Positions 17,787-29,431 of a stretch of 64,000 bases of DNA are shown piece by piece. Source of the stretch: Planctomycetota bacterium (GTDB taxonomy: Bacteria > Planctomycetota > UBA1135 > UBA2386); NCBI GenBank assembly GCA_046306335.1, contig JBKDXM010000136.1, positions 31,440 through 95,439 of the forward strand, read 5' to 3'. The notes beneath the pieces were generated by a model, which saw nothing but the letters and a program-made list of their open reading frames with translations, did no database searches and was not told the DNA's origin. The position numbers and the translations under genes were made by a program. Every line of letters begins with the position of its first letter. Position 1 is the first letter of the stretch.

Positions 17787-18608
17787 CTAGAAGCGGAAGA
17801 AGAGCGCGTTGTTCGGGGCGTCGCCGCGGATGACGTCGTAGGCGAACTGCGCCTGGGCGATGCCGAGCACGGTCTGCACGGCCAGGCCGATCGGCTCCAG
17901 GAACCGCTGCAGCAGGCGCGCCAGCAGGCCGAGGAACGTCGGCGGCACGAGGATGATGTCGCGCTCGCGGATCGGCAGGTTCATCGTCATCAAGCCCGTC
18001 GTCTGCATCTCGCGGAAGTTGATGTCGATGACGAGCGGATGCTCGGCGTCCGGTTTGATGAGGTAGACGCGGCCGAGGTTGGCGAGCGGCGTCCAACCGC
18101 AGTTGGTCATCGCGTCGAAGAAGGTCAGGTCGGTCTCGATCGGGATCTGGCCCTTCTGCGCGACCTCGCCGAAGGCGTAGAACCACTTCGACGACAGGCT
18201 GGTCAGCTGCACGATGCGCGCCTGGATCTCGAAGTCCGCGTCGACGCCAGCGGCTCGCAGCTGCGAGTTGACGAGCGCCGCGGCTTCGGCCTCGGTCTTG
18301 CCGAGCACCGCAACCGGACCGACGTAGGGGACGAAGATCGTGCCGTCGATCGCAATCGGCTGCGGCAGGGTCAATTCGGCCAGCCGTGCGAACTGCGGCA
18401 ACTGCAGCGCGTCGGGCGGCAGCAGGAACTGGATGAGGTCGCGGCCGCCGATGTAGTTCTCGGCCGCGGCGTCACCGGCCGCCCGCGCTCCGAAACCCTT
18501 CTCCGGCATGAGCTCGCGGATGCGCTTGTCCTCGTAGCTGCCGCAGGACGCGAGCACACCCAGGGCCAGCGCAGCGAGCGCGCGGAGGAAGCGAAGAGGT
18601 CGGCGCAT
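17787..18608 (-). CDS. Polysaccharide export outer-membrane lipoprotein (Wza/Poly_export family).
   Basis: 273 aa with a signal peptide and lipobox (LGVLASC). It has the Poly_export/SLBB-type segment IAIDGTIFVPYVGPVAVLGKTEAEAAALVNSQL. It is the first gene of the EPS operon. Confidence 0.85.
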   Translation of the reverse strand: MRRPLRFLRALAALALGVLASCGSYEDKRIRELMPEKGFGARAAGDAAAENYIGGRDLIQFLLPPDALQLPQFARLAELTLPQPIAIDGTIFVPYVGPVAVLGKTEAEAAALVNSQLRAAGVDADFEIQARIVQLTSLSSKWFYAFGEVAQKGQIPIETDLTFFDAMTNCGWTPLANLGRVYLIKPDAEHPLVIDINFREMQTTGLMTMNLPIRERDIILVPPTFLGLLARLLQRFLEPIGLAVQTVLGIAQAQFAYDVIRGDAPNNALFFRF

Positions 18609-18652
18609 GCAAGGGTTCAACGCGGTGGGCTGGATGAAGCGGCGATGGCCGG

Positions 18653-18658
18653 ATGCTA
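18653..18658 (-). promoter_or_regulatory. Candidate -10 box TAGCAT upstream of the wza/EPS operon (44-nt leader).
   Basis: The minus strand reads CCTAGCATCCGGCCATCG, about 17/19 identical to the MBL-gene box at 38609-38627. Confidence 0.3.
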
Positions 18659-18722
18659 GGTGACCCACCGAGCCTGGCAAAGCGCCGCCCCCGCTGCCCC
18701 ATCCCATCGGCAGTTGCGGCGG

Positions 18723-18737
18723 TGCAACGTGATGCCA
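18723..18737 (-). promoter_or_regulatory. Sigma-54 -24/-12-like element (TGGCAT-N4-TTGCA) upstream of the EPS operon, with non-canonical spacing.
   Basis: The minus strand reads cacTGGCATCACGTTGCAcc, about 115 nt upstream of the wza ATG. Both half-sites are near consensus, but the GG-to-GC spacing is 9 nt rather than 10. Confidence 0.2.
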
Positions 18738-18833
18738 GTGCACGGGATGCCGCCGCGGCAGGCGGGCGAATGGGACCGGGCCGTTACGAATCGACGCTTC
18801 GCCTGTGGGGAACCTTCCACTACGAACTCCCCG

Positions 18834-21605
18834 ATGCGGTCGAGGTCCGTGCTGATCGCCCTGTGCGTCACAGGGATGCTCGCATTCTGCGGGTGGCTCG
18901 TGGCCGCCGGTCTGCACGCGCCGCTGACGCCGCCGCCGTCCGCGCCCACCCGGCAGGACGTGCCGACTGCCGAGGCTGCGACTCCGGTCGCAGCGGACGC
19001 CGCCACCGCCGAACGCGTCGCGCCGCCCCGGCTCGCCGCGCCGCTCGCGCCCGCCGCCCCGCCGGCAGTGGCCGCCGACGACGATGCCGACCCCGACGCC
19101 GCCGCCGACGTCGGTCCGAAGGTCCTGGTCGTCCGCGGCACCCCGCCGACCCCCGTGCCGAACGCCATCGTGCACTTCATCGACGCGGCAGCTGGCCGGG
19201 CACAGCAAGAACGCCACGGCCAGACGGTGCCCGAGCACGAATGGCCGGAGACGTTCGGGCTGCGGATCGAAGCCGACGAGCGCGGCATCGCCGAACTGCC
19301 GCCGGCCGAACGGCCCTACCTGTGCGCCGTGCGCAGCGGCGACGAGTTCGGCTTCGATTGGGTGCCGCCGCGCGATCACACCCGCACCATCGCGCTGGCC
19401 CGCGACGAGACCGTGACCCTCGTCGCGCGCTACGCCGGCGAGGCGCCGGCGACCGCGATCCCGCTCGCGATCGTGCAGGGCTTCGTCGGCGCCGACGAGC
19501 CGCGGGCGATCTGGCGCGGCACGACCGACCGCCGCGGGCGGGCCGTCGTGCGGCACTTCCAATTGGTGCGCGAGAACCGCCAGGGCGAACAGCCGCCCGA
19601 ACGCTTCGCCGCGACGGCCGCCGTGCCTGGCGCGGTGGCCAAGGCCTTCCCCGGACGACCTGCGGCCGATGCCGCCATCGAGCTCGACGTGCCGCCGCTC
19701 GGCGCGGTCCAACTCACGGTGGTCGACCACCGCGGCCAGCCGGTCCTGTCGCGCGCAACCGGCGGCCTCCGCGGCGTGGTGCAGCCGCAGTTCGCCGACC
19801 AGCAGGGTATCGCCCTGCCGGCGCGGCTGGTGCAGCCGACGGCGGAGAAGCCGCCGGGCTCGGCGCCGGTGGTGTTGCCCTGGCAAGGCGTCGGCGGCTC
19901 GGTGACGGCCTACGCGCGCTTCCCGCTCGACCGCCAGCCGGCCACCGCCGCCGCGGCGCCCGGACCCAAGGTCCCCAGCGCCACGGCCGAAGTCCGCGTG
20001 CCGCTGCGCCCCGACCAGCTCGTCGTGGCCGGGCACTTCGCGCTGCCCGACGGCACGCCGATCGAACACGCCGTCGTACGCGCCGCGCTGTGGAACCACG
20101 CGAGCGAGCTGTGGACGACCAACCTCGACTCGGTGCGCGACGGCCTGTTCGACCTCGTCGCCACGCCGACCAACGACGTCGAGAGCTTCCTCGAACTGCG
20201 GCTCGACGGCAGGGAGGCGCCGCCGGCGGTGCGCAGCCTCCTGCCCGACGACGAGCCGGCGCTGCGGCTGGGCGCGCGGGTGCGGCTGCCGGCCCTGCGC
20301 GCGCGCAGCCGCATCGAACTCGGCGCCGTGACGCTCGCGCCGCTGCCTGCGTTGGTCACCGGCTACGTCGTCGACGACCTCGGGGTGCCGGTCGTCGACG
20401 CCGACGTGCACGTGCAGCAGGAAGACCCGCAGGCGCCGAAGGATCGCGACCCTTGGCGCACGCTGTCGCTGTTCCGCACGCGCTCGGGCCCCGACGGCTC
20501 GTTCCGCGTCGACGGCTTCCAGCCGCCGGGCAAGCTGCGCGTCCGCGCCGACACCGACCTGCACTTCGCCGACTCCGTGCCGCTGCACACGCAGGGCCAG
20601 GACGTGCGCATCCGCATCGAGCGCAACGGCATCCTGCGCGGCCGCATCCTGCTGCCGGAGTGGTTGCCGGACGGCGCTGCCACGCTGACGCTGCGGCCGC
20701 TCGACGAGACCCTGCGGCAGCGCAACACGCGCAGCATCGAACTGTCGCGCCGGCGCGGCGGACGCTTCACCGTCGAGCCCCTGCGCGTCGGCCGCTACGA
20801 CGCGCTGGTGACGGTGCGCAACCTGCGCGACCCGATCGCCGTGCTGCCAGACGTCTTCGTGCAGCCGGGCGAGACCCGCGACGCCCGCGTGCAGCCGCTC
20901 GACCTGCGCGAGGCGCTGCACCGCTACCGCCTGCGCGCGGTCGACCAGGGCGGCAACCCGCTGGCGGTCGACGGACCGATCCTGGCGCGCGTCACCGCGC
21001 CGGACGGCAAGCCGGTCGACCTGACGTTCCGCTGGCAGAAGGGGCGCGCCGAGCTCGTGGTGGCGAGCCACGTCGCCAACTTCACCTTCTTCGGCCGCGG
21101 CCACCAGACCGTGCGCACGCTGCTGGCGTCCGGCGACACCGACGTGATCTTGCCGGCGACGCGGCCGGCGGTGGTCACGATCCCCGGCGTGCGCGCTCTG
21201 CTCGGCCCCTATCGCAAGGTCCGCATCTCCGCCGTGCTGATCGGCGACACCGGCCTGCCCGGCAACCTGCAGGGCACCGACCAGCGCACCGGCGAACGCT
21301 TCGCCTTCGCCCGCTGGGACCTCGGCCGCAGCAGCGGCGCATGGCTCGGAGCGGGCGACACCGTCGAGATCCCGCTGATGCAGGACGGTCGATACGAGAT
21401 CCTGCTGCGGCCGCACGCGACCGACAGCGAACAGTCGCCGCAGCGCGAGATGTCGCTCGGCCGGCACGCGCTGCGGGTCGACTCGTGGAACCCCGTGCGC
21501 GTGCCGATCGATGCGCTGGCGGTGAGCCGACTGGTGCAGCAACTCGACGCCCAGTGGCTGGCGCAGCGCCAGCAGCAGCAAGCCGGCGCCGGCCGCGGGC
21601 GCTAG
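18834..21605 (+). CDS. Large (923 aa) membrane-anchored or secreted protein with repeated carboxypeptidase-regulatory-like beta-sandwich modules. Function unknown.
   Basis: An N-terminal TM (VLIALCVTGMLAFCGWLVAAG) and a Pro/Ala-rich linker lead into recurrent modules. Examples are LTVVDHRGQPV, GYVVDDLGVPVVDADVHV...RSGPDGSFRVDGF and RLRAVDQGGNPLAVDGPILARV. The start is taken at ATG 18834, the first Met preceding the TM. Confidence 0.7.
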   Translation: MRSRSVLIALCVTGMLAFCGWLVAAGLHAPLTPPPSAPTRQDVPTAEAATPVAADAATAERVAPPRLAAPLAPAAPPAVAADDDADPDAAADVGPKVLVVRGTPPTPVPNAIVHFIDAAAGRAQQERHGQTVPEHEWPETFGLRIEADERGIAELPPAERPYLCAVRSGDEFGFDWVPPRDHTRTIALARDETVTLVARYAGEAPATAIPLAIVQGFVGADEPRAIWRGTTDRRGRAVVRHFQLVRENRQGEQPPERFAATAAVPGAVAKAFPGRPAADAAIELDVPPLGAVQLTVVDHRGQPVLSRATGGLRGVVQPQFADQQGIALPARLVQPTAEKPPGSAPVVLPWQGVGGSVTAYARFPLDRQPATAAAAPGPKVPSATAEVRVPLRPDQLVVAGHFALPDGTPIEHAVVRAALWNHASELWTTNLDSVRDGLFDLVATPTNDVESFLELRLDGREAPPAVRSLLPDDEPALRLGARVRLPALRARSRIELGAVTLAPLPALVTGYVVDDLGVPVVDADVHVQQEDPQAPKDRDPWRTLSLFRTRSGPDGSFRVDGFQPPGKLRVRADTDLHFADSVPLHTQGQDVRIRIERNGILRGRILLPEWLPDGAATLTLRPLDETLRQRNTRSIELSRRRGGRFTVEPLRVGRYDALVTVRNLRDPIAVLPDVFVQPGETRDARVQPLDLREALHRYRLRAVDQGGNPLAVDGPILARVTAPDGKPVDLTFRWQKGRAELVVASHVANFTFFGRGHQTVRTLLASGDTDVILPATRPAVVTIPGVRALLGPYRKVRISAVLIGDTGLPGNLQGTDQRTGERFAFARWDLGRSSGAWLGAGDTVEIPLMQDGRYEILLRPHATDSEQSPQREMSLGRHALRVDSWNPVRVPIDALAVSRLVQQLDAQWLAQRQQQQAGAGRGR

Positions 21606-21644
21606 GAGTCTGCGTCACGAAAGGCCGCGCCGCCCGGAGCGCCG

Positions 21645-24299
<2,655 letters not shown>

Positions 24300-24376
24300 C
24301 GCCGTTGGTGTACCCGCGGACGGGCCGGCGCGCACCAGCCGGCGCGGCACGGCGGCGCGCCGCCGCGCCCGACCCG

Positions 24377-25327
24377 TCAATCGCGGCGGTCGCCGGCGCG
24401 GCGGTCGTCGGCGAGGCGGAAGGTGGCGGGCAACGGCGCGCGGAAGGTGACCAGCGCGCCGGTCGCCGGATGCGACAGGGTCAACTCCGTGCAGTGCAGC
24501 AGGAACCACCCGCCGGGCAAGGCGGGCCCGCCGTAGCGCCGGTCGCCGACGATCGGACAGCCGAGGTGCGCGAGGTGCGCGCGCAGCTGGTGCTGGCGGC
24601 CCTGCCGCGGCCGCAACCGCAGCAGCGTCCGTCCGCCGCGCTCGGCAACGACCTCGTACTCCGTGCGCGCGGCGTCGCCGGCGGCGTCGACCACCACCTT
24701 CGGCCCACCGGCCGGCGCGTCGACGCGCGCCAGCAGCGGCGCATCGACGCTGCCGCGCGCGCGCGGCGGCCGGCCGGCGACGACGGCGTGATAGGTCTTG
24801 GCGACGCGGCCGTCGCGGAAGGCCGCGGTCAGTTGCCGCTGCGCCGCCGGGGTCAGCCCGACCAGCAGCAGCCCTGCCGTGCCGCGGTCGAGTCGGTGCG
24901 CCGGCGCCGGCCGCCACGTCGCCGTGCGGACGCCGTGGCCGGCGCGAGCGAGCCAGTCGACGACGCTCGCAGTCACGCCGCTGCCGGCGTGCACCGCGAG
25001 ACCCGCGGGCTTGTCGAGCACCAGCAGGTCGTCGTCGGCGTGAACGACGGCCGGCGCCGGCCCGGCGTCGTCGCCGCCCGCGCGCCGCCCGGCCGGCCGC
25101 GAGCCGGCGTCCGGTGTCGCGTCGGTCGCGACGTCGGCGACGCGCAGTTGCAGGCGCATGCCGACGACCAGGCGCAGGTCGCCCGTGGCCTTGCGGCCGT
25201 CGACCCGCACGCCGCCGCTGCGCAACAGCCGGTAGATCGCGCCGAGCGGCGTGCGGCGCAGCAGCTTGCGCAGCAGCCGGTCGAGGCGCTGGCCGGCCTC
25301 GTGTTCGGTGACGACGACTTCGCGCAT
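24377..25327 (-). CDS. RluA-family 23S rRNA/tRNA pseudouridine synthase with an S4 domain.
   Basis: 316 aa. An S4-like N-terminus (GQRLDRLLRK...RSGGVRVDGR) precedes the catalytic motif HRLDRGTAGLLLVG and the QHQLRAHLAHLGCPIVGD block. Confidence 0.9.
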   Translation of the reverse strand: MREVVVTEHEAGQRLDRLLRKLLRRTPLGAIYRLLRSGGVRVDGRKATGDLRLVVGMRLQLRVADVATDATPDAGSRPAGRRAGGDDAGPAPAVVHADDDLLVLDKPAGLAVHAGSGVTASVVDWLARAGHGVRTATWRPAPAHRLDRGTAGLLLVGLTPAAQRQLTAAFRDGRVAKTYHAVVAGRPPRARGSVDAPLLARVDAPAGGPKVVVDAAGDAARTEYEVVAERGGRTLLRLRPRQGRQHQLRAHLAHLGCPIVGDRRYGGPALPGGWFLLHCTELTLSHPATGALVTFRAPLPATFRLADDRRAGDRRD

Positions 25328-25373
25328 GGCAGGGCGGCGGCACGGTACGCGGCGCGGTGCCGCGTCGCCGGGG

Positions 25374-27098
25374 TCAGCCGCCTTCGCCCGCGGCGCTGTC
25401 GAAGAAGCCGCCGAGCCGGCGCGCGCGCACCGGGTGCTGCAGCTTGCGCACGGCCTTGGCCTCGATCTGGCGCACGCGCTCGCGCGTGACGCGGAAGATG
25501 CGGCCGACCTCCTCCAGCGTGTAGGTGTAGCCGTCGCCGATGCCGTAGCGGAGCTTGATGATCTCGCGCTCGCGGAAGGTCAGCGTGCTGAGCACGCTCT
25601 CGATGCGCTCCTTGAGCATCTCGCGGCTCGCCGACTGCACCGGGCTCTCGACCGACTCGTCCTCGATGAAGTCGCCGAAGTAGCTGTCCTCCGAGTCGCC
25701 GATCGGTCGGTCGAGCGAGATCGGATGCTTGCTGATCTTCATCACGCGCTTGGCCTCGTCCACCGAGACCTGCGCCGCTTCCGCCACCTCCTCGATCGAC
25801 GGCTCGCGGCCCTTGAGCTGCGTCAGCTTCTTGCTGACGTTGCGCAGCTTGCTCATCGTCTCGATCATGTGGACCGGGATGCGGATCGTGCGCGCCTGGT
25901 CCGCGATCGAGCGCGTGATCGCCTGGCGGATCCACCACGTCGCGTACGTCGAGAACTTGTAGCCGCGGCGGTACTCGTACTTCTCGACCGCCTTCATCAG
26001 GCCGGTGTTGCCCTCCTGGATCAGGTCGAGGAACGACAGGCCGCGATTGCGGTACTTCTTGGCGATCGAGACGACGAGGCGCAGGTTGCCCGACGACAGC
26101 TTGCGCTTGGCGTCCTCGTAGTTCGCGTACGCCGTGCGCAGGAACTCCAGGCGCTTCTGCAGCCGGTCGGCCGACTCCAGGCCGTCGATCTGCATCTCGG
26201 AAAGGCGCCGCCGCGTCTCGGCGGCGTCGGGATTCTGGATCTGCGCGCCGCGGTAGCGCTGCAGCCGCGCCTGCAGTCGGGTCATCTCGGCGATGCGGCT
26301 CTCGACGAGGTCGATCATCGGCCGCACCTTCTTGCCCTGCAGGTTGAGCTCCTCGATCAGGGCGACCGCCTTGCGGCGACGCAGGAAGATGCGCTTCTTG
26401 AGCGCCTGGGCCTCGTCGTCCGGGACGCCGTCCTCGCACAACCGGATGAAGTCCTTGCGGGCGGCCTCGTAGATCAGGCGCAGCGTCGCGATGTTGCCCG
26501 GCAGGCGGTCCGACAGGTCGGCCTTGCCGACCTCGGGATCCTGCTGGTTGACCTTCAGCGTGCGGTCGAAGGCCAGTTCGCCCTTGAGCACGTCCTCGAG
26601 GATCTCGATCGCGTTCTTCATGCCGTAGCCGCACGACAGCACTTCCTTGCGGAACTGCTTGCGCGTCAGCTCGATCTTGCGCGCGAGCGAGATCTCCTCC
26701 TCGCGCGTCAGCAGCGGGATCTCGCCCATCTGCGTCAGGTACATGCGCACCGGGTCGTCGATCTTCTCGGTGATGTCGACCATCGGCGCCGCGAGTTCGG
26801 CCTCGGTCGGCTCGGCGATGTCGAGGTCCGGCGCGAGGTCGACCTCGTCGCCGCCCTCGTCGCCGCCGCCCTCCTCGTCCTTGCGGCCCGCGCCCTTCTT
26901 GTTCTTCTGCTTCTCGTCCTCGACGACGTCGAGGCCGGCCTCTTCGATCATGGTGATCGCGGCCTCCATCTTCTCGGGCGACGACATGTCGTCGGGCAGC
27001 GCCTGATTGAGCTGCGCCAGGGTGATGGCGCCGGCCTTGCGATGGGCCTTGATCAGCGCCTTGATCTTCTTGTCCAGTTCGTTCGACGGTGCAGACAT
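25374..27098 (-). CDS. rpoD: RNA polymerase primary sigma factor RpoD.
   Basis: 574 aa. It has an acidic region 1, region 2 ([27 protein letters not shown]), region 3, and region 4 ([27 protein letters not shown]). It lies downstream of dnaG. Confidence 0.97.
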   Translation of the reverse strand: MSAPSNELDKKIKALIKAHRKAGAITLAQLNQALPDDMSSPEKMEAAITMIEEAGLDVVEDEKQKNKKGAGRKDEEGGGDEGGDEVDLAPDLDIAEPTEAELAAPMVDITEKIDDPVRMYLTQMGEIPLLTREEEISLARKIELTRKQFRKEVLSCGYGMKNAIEILEDVLKGELAFDRTLKVNQQDPEVGKADLSDRLPGNIATLRLIYEAARKDFIRLCEDGVPDDEAQALKKRIFLRRRKAVALIEELNLQGKKVRPMIDLVESRIAEMTRLQARLQRYRGAQIQNPDAAETRRRLSEMQIDGLESADRLQKRLEFLRTAYANYEDAKRKLSSGNLRLVVSIAKKYRNRGLSFLDLIQEGNTGLMKAVEKYEYRRGYKFSTYATWWIRQAITRSIADQARTIRIPVHMIETMSKLRNVSKKLTQLKGREPSIEEVAEAAQVSVDEAKRVMKISKHPISLDRPIGDSEDSYFGDFIEDESVESPVQSASREMLKERIESVLSTLTFREREIIKLRYGIGDGYTYTLEEVGRIFRVTRERVRQIEAKAVRKLQHPVRARRLGGFFDSAAGEGG

Positions 27099-27188
27099 TG
27101 GATGATTCGCTCGCGATCGGAGCCCGCGGCGGGCGCGGGCGTCGTCAGGGAGTGGCGGGAAGAAGTGGTCGGGGAGTTCGGGAAGGCG

Positions 27189-29033
27189 TCAGGTCGCGGG
27201 CCGCCGCGGGAGCACGTCCCGCAGGCCGTTGAGGAGTTCGTTCTGCAGTTCGGCCGCGCGCGCGGCGTCGCCGACGGCGAGCGCCTGCTGCATCTGCTGG
27301 CGCACGGCGCGGCGGCGCGATTCGCTGGCGCGGCGGCGGCGGCCGGCGACGAGGCCGGCGAGCACGGCGCCGGGATCGGCGGTCTTGGCGCCGCGCTGGT
27401 GCGCGTCGCTGAGCAGGGTGCGGAGGCCGGCCCGCTCCTCGGCGCGCGCCATCAGGTAGCGCATCAGTTCGGGAGCAGCGGCGCGGCCGAGCGCGACGCC
27501 TTCGGCGGCCCACGTGAGCACTTCGACGACCTCGGGCGCGACATCGCCGATGGCCGCCGGGTCGAGGCCGTCGGCCAGCTTGGGCGAAGCCAGCACGCAC
27601 GCCAGCAGCTCGAGGTCGCCCGGCTGCAGCGCGGGCGGCCGCGCGGCCGCATCCGGCGCCGGAACGGACTCGCCGCCCGCCGGCGCGGCCGGGCGCCGGC
27701 GCTGCTGCTTCTGCATCAGGCGGTCGAGCGTGGTGGCGGGCACGGCGAGATGGCGCGCCATCTGCTCCAGCAGGGCAGCCTGCCGCACCGGCGACTCGAC
27801 CAGTGCCAGCACCGCGGCGCACTCGTGCGCCGCGGCGTCGACGCCGGTCGCCTGCGTCAGGTCGAGGCGACGGCGCAGCAGGCGGAACCACACCGCGATG
27901 TGGTCCTCGGCGGCGTCGAGCACGTCGGCGAAGCGGGCACGCCGCTCGACCACGGCCTCCAGGTCTTCGCCGGGTCGCTGCACGACCACGTCCGCAGGAT
28001 CCTTGGCGCCACCGTCGGCGTCGCCCATCAGCGCGATGCGCACCGACAACTTGCTGTTGGCGAGTTCGCGCACGGCGCGCTCCGCCGCCTGCACGCCGGC
28101 GCGGTCGCCGTCGAACATCAGCACCAGCCCGTCCGTGGCGTAGCGCTCGACGGTCTTGGCATGGTCGGCGGTGAAGGCCGTGCCGAGCGTCGCCACCGCG
28201 CCCTGGAAGCCGGCGAGATGGCAGGCGATGACGTCGGTGTAGCCCTCCATCACCACGATGCGGCGCTGGCCGGCCTGCTTGGCCCGATGCAGCCCGAACA
28301 GCACGCGCCGCTTGTTGAAGAACGGCGACTCGGGCGAGTTGTAGTACTTCGGCGGCTTGAACTCGCCGTTGCCGTCGCTGCCGGGTGCGCCGGGCACGAT
28401 GCGCCCGCCGAAGCCGACGGTGCGGCCGCGCTCGTCCTCGATCGGGAACATCAGGCGATGCGCGAACAGCTCGCGGCCATTGCGCAGCAGGCCGGCGGCT
28501 TCGAGCACGTCCTTCGGCAGCTTCTTCTGCTGCGCGAACTGCAGCAGCGCCCCGGGCGCGGGATGGACGCCGAGTCGCCAAGGCACGATCGCAGGCGACA
28601 GGCCGCGGCCGTCGAGGTAGTCGCGCGCGAGCCGCCCGGTGTCGGGCGCCAGCAGTTCGCGCTGGAAGAAGCCGGCGACCTCGGCGAGCACGCCGAACGG
28701 ATCCGGCCCCTTGTTGGCCTCGCGCTGGCCGCCCTTGAACACGCCCTCCAGCGACACGCCGGCGCGGTCGGCGAGCTGCTCCATCGCCTCGCGGAACGTC
28801 AGGCCGTCGCGCTCCATCAGCCACGTGAACACGTCGCCGGTCTTGCCGCAGCCGTAGCAGCGGAAGAACTGCTCCTCGCGATAGACCGTGAACGACGGCG
28901 AGTTCTCGGCGTGGAACGGACACAGCGCGACGAGCAGCCGGCCGCGCGAGCGCAGCGGCAAGTAGCCCTCGATCAAGGCGACCAGGTCGGTCGCTTCCTT
29001 GATGCGCAGCTTGGCGTCCTCGAATCGATCCAT
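27189..29033 (-). CDS. dnaG: DNA primase DnaG.
   Basis: 614 aa. It has the zinc-ribbon CPFHAENSPSFTVYREEQFFRCYGCGKTGDVFTWLM, the RNA-polymerase core and a Toprim domain (VVMEGYTDVIA, FDGDRAG). Confidence 0.95.
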   Translation of the reverse strand: MDRFEDAKLRIKEATDLVALIEGYLPLRSRGRLLVALCPFHAENSPSFTVYREEQFFRCYGCGKTGDVFTWLMERDGLTFREAMEQLADRAGVSLEGVFKGGQREANKGPDPFGVLAEVAGFFQRELLAPDTGRLARDYLDGRGLSPAIVPWRLGVHPAPGALLQFAQQKKLPKDVLEAAGLLRNGRELFAHRLMFPIEDERGRTVGFGGRIVPGAPGSDGNGEFKPPKYYNSPESPFFNKRRVLFGLHRAKQAGQRRIVVMEGYTDVIACHLAGFQGAVATLGTAFTADHAKTVERYATDGLVLMFDGDRAGVQAAERAVRELANSKLSVRIALMGDADGGAKDPADVVVQRPGEDLEAVVERRARFADVLDAAEDHIAVWFRLLRRRLDLTQATGVDAAAHECAAVLALVESPVRQAALLEQMARHLAVPATTLDRLMQKQQRRRPAAPAGGESVPAPDAAARPPALQPGDLELLACVLASPKLADGLDPAAIGDVAPEVVEVLTWAAEGVALGRAAAPELMRYLMARAEERAGLRTLLSDAHQRGAKTADPGAVLAGLVAGRRRRASESRRRAVRQQMQQALAVGDAARAAELQNELLNGLRDVLPRRPAT

Positions 29034-29431
29034 CGCGGGGGGCACGAACAGGGGGAGGGGAACGGAGCCGCTCGGCCGTCCTGCTGCACGGCGCCAGCGC
29101 CGCGCAACCACCTCACCCCGCGGCAGAACCGCGAGATCAGGCGTCGAAGGGTAGCTCGCGGCGAGCCGGGAGGCGGCGCGGCGCGGGCAGTCTTCGGGAC
29201 CGGGATCGCACGTGGCGATCGTTCGAAGGGCCGGTGGAAACGCCGTCCGGAGCGGCACCGGTGGTGCGCTGGCGAACGACGGGTCCGACGACCCGGGCAG
29301 AGCATGCTCCACGCTCCGCATGCCCCTGTTTGGCGCGGCGCCGTATTGGCCCGGCCGTGTCCGGACGCATGTCATGGTCCGGGGACGCTGCGAATGTGGA
29401 ACCCCGGAATGTAGCACGCCGTGGCTGCGCG

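Noticed and set aside
18675-18690. Plus-strand TGGCAA...GC sigma-54-like string upstream of the 923-aa gene.
   Set aside because: There is no TTGC -12 element and the GG/GC spacing is wrong. It matches only the -24 half-site.
17787-21581. The track shows wza as a 1264-aa ORF. The same over-extension occurs for 8018-10369, 8902-11301, 11624-14644, 12793-15897, 14646-17654, 21645-25343, 27189-30041, 29432-31378, 41535-43496, 46276-49179, 49777-51273, 50799-53216 and 51545-53197.
   Set aside because: Only the C-terminal parts are real. The N-terminal extensions are Arg-rich read-through of the upstream gene in another frame. True starts were placed at the Met/Val that begins the recognisable domain, usually confirmed by an ATGA or GTGA overlap with the upstream stop.
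25338-25362. CGGCAC...GTGCCG hairpin between the rpoD stop and the rluA-family start.
   Set aside because: It has only a 6-bp stem with a 13-nt loop and no U-tract. The 46-nt gap is more simply explained by co-transcription.
29215-29235. TTCGAA-containing stretch that superficially resembles a tRNA T-loop.
   Set aside because: The flanking bases cannot form a T-stem, and no acceptor or anticodon arms could be built. No tRNA-like cloverleaf was found in any gap over 75 nt.
25251-29414. 1387-aa plus-strand ORF spanning the rpoD-dnaG region.
   Set aside because: It is antisense to two unmistakable housekeeping genes. Its translation is dominated by Arg/Ala/Leu/Gly/Asp runs with no recognisable motif, as expected for a shadow frame in DNA above 70% GC.
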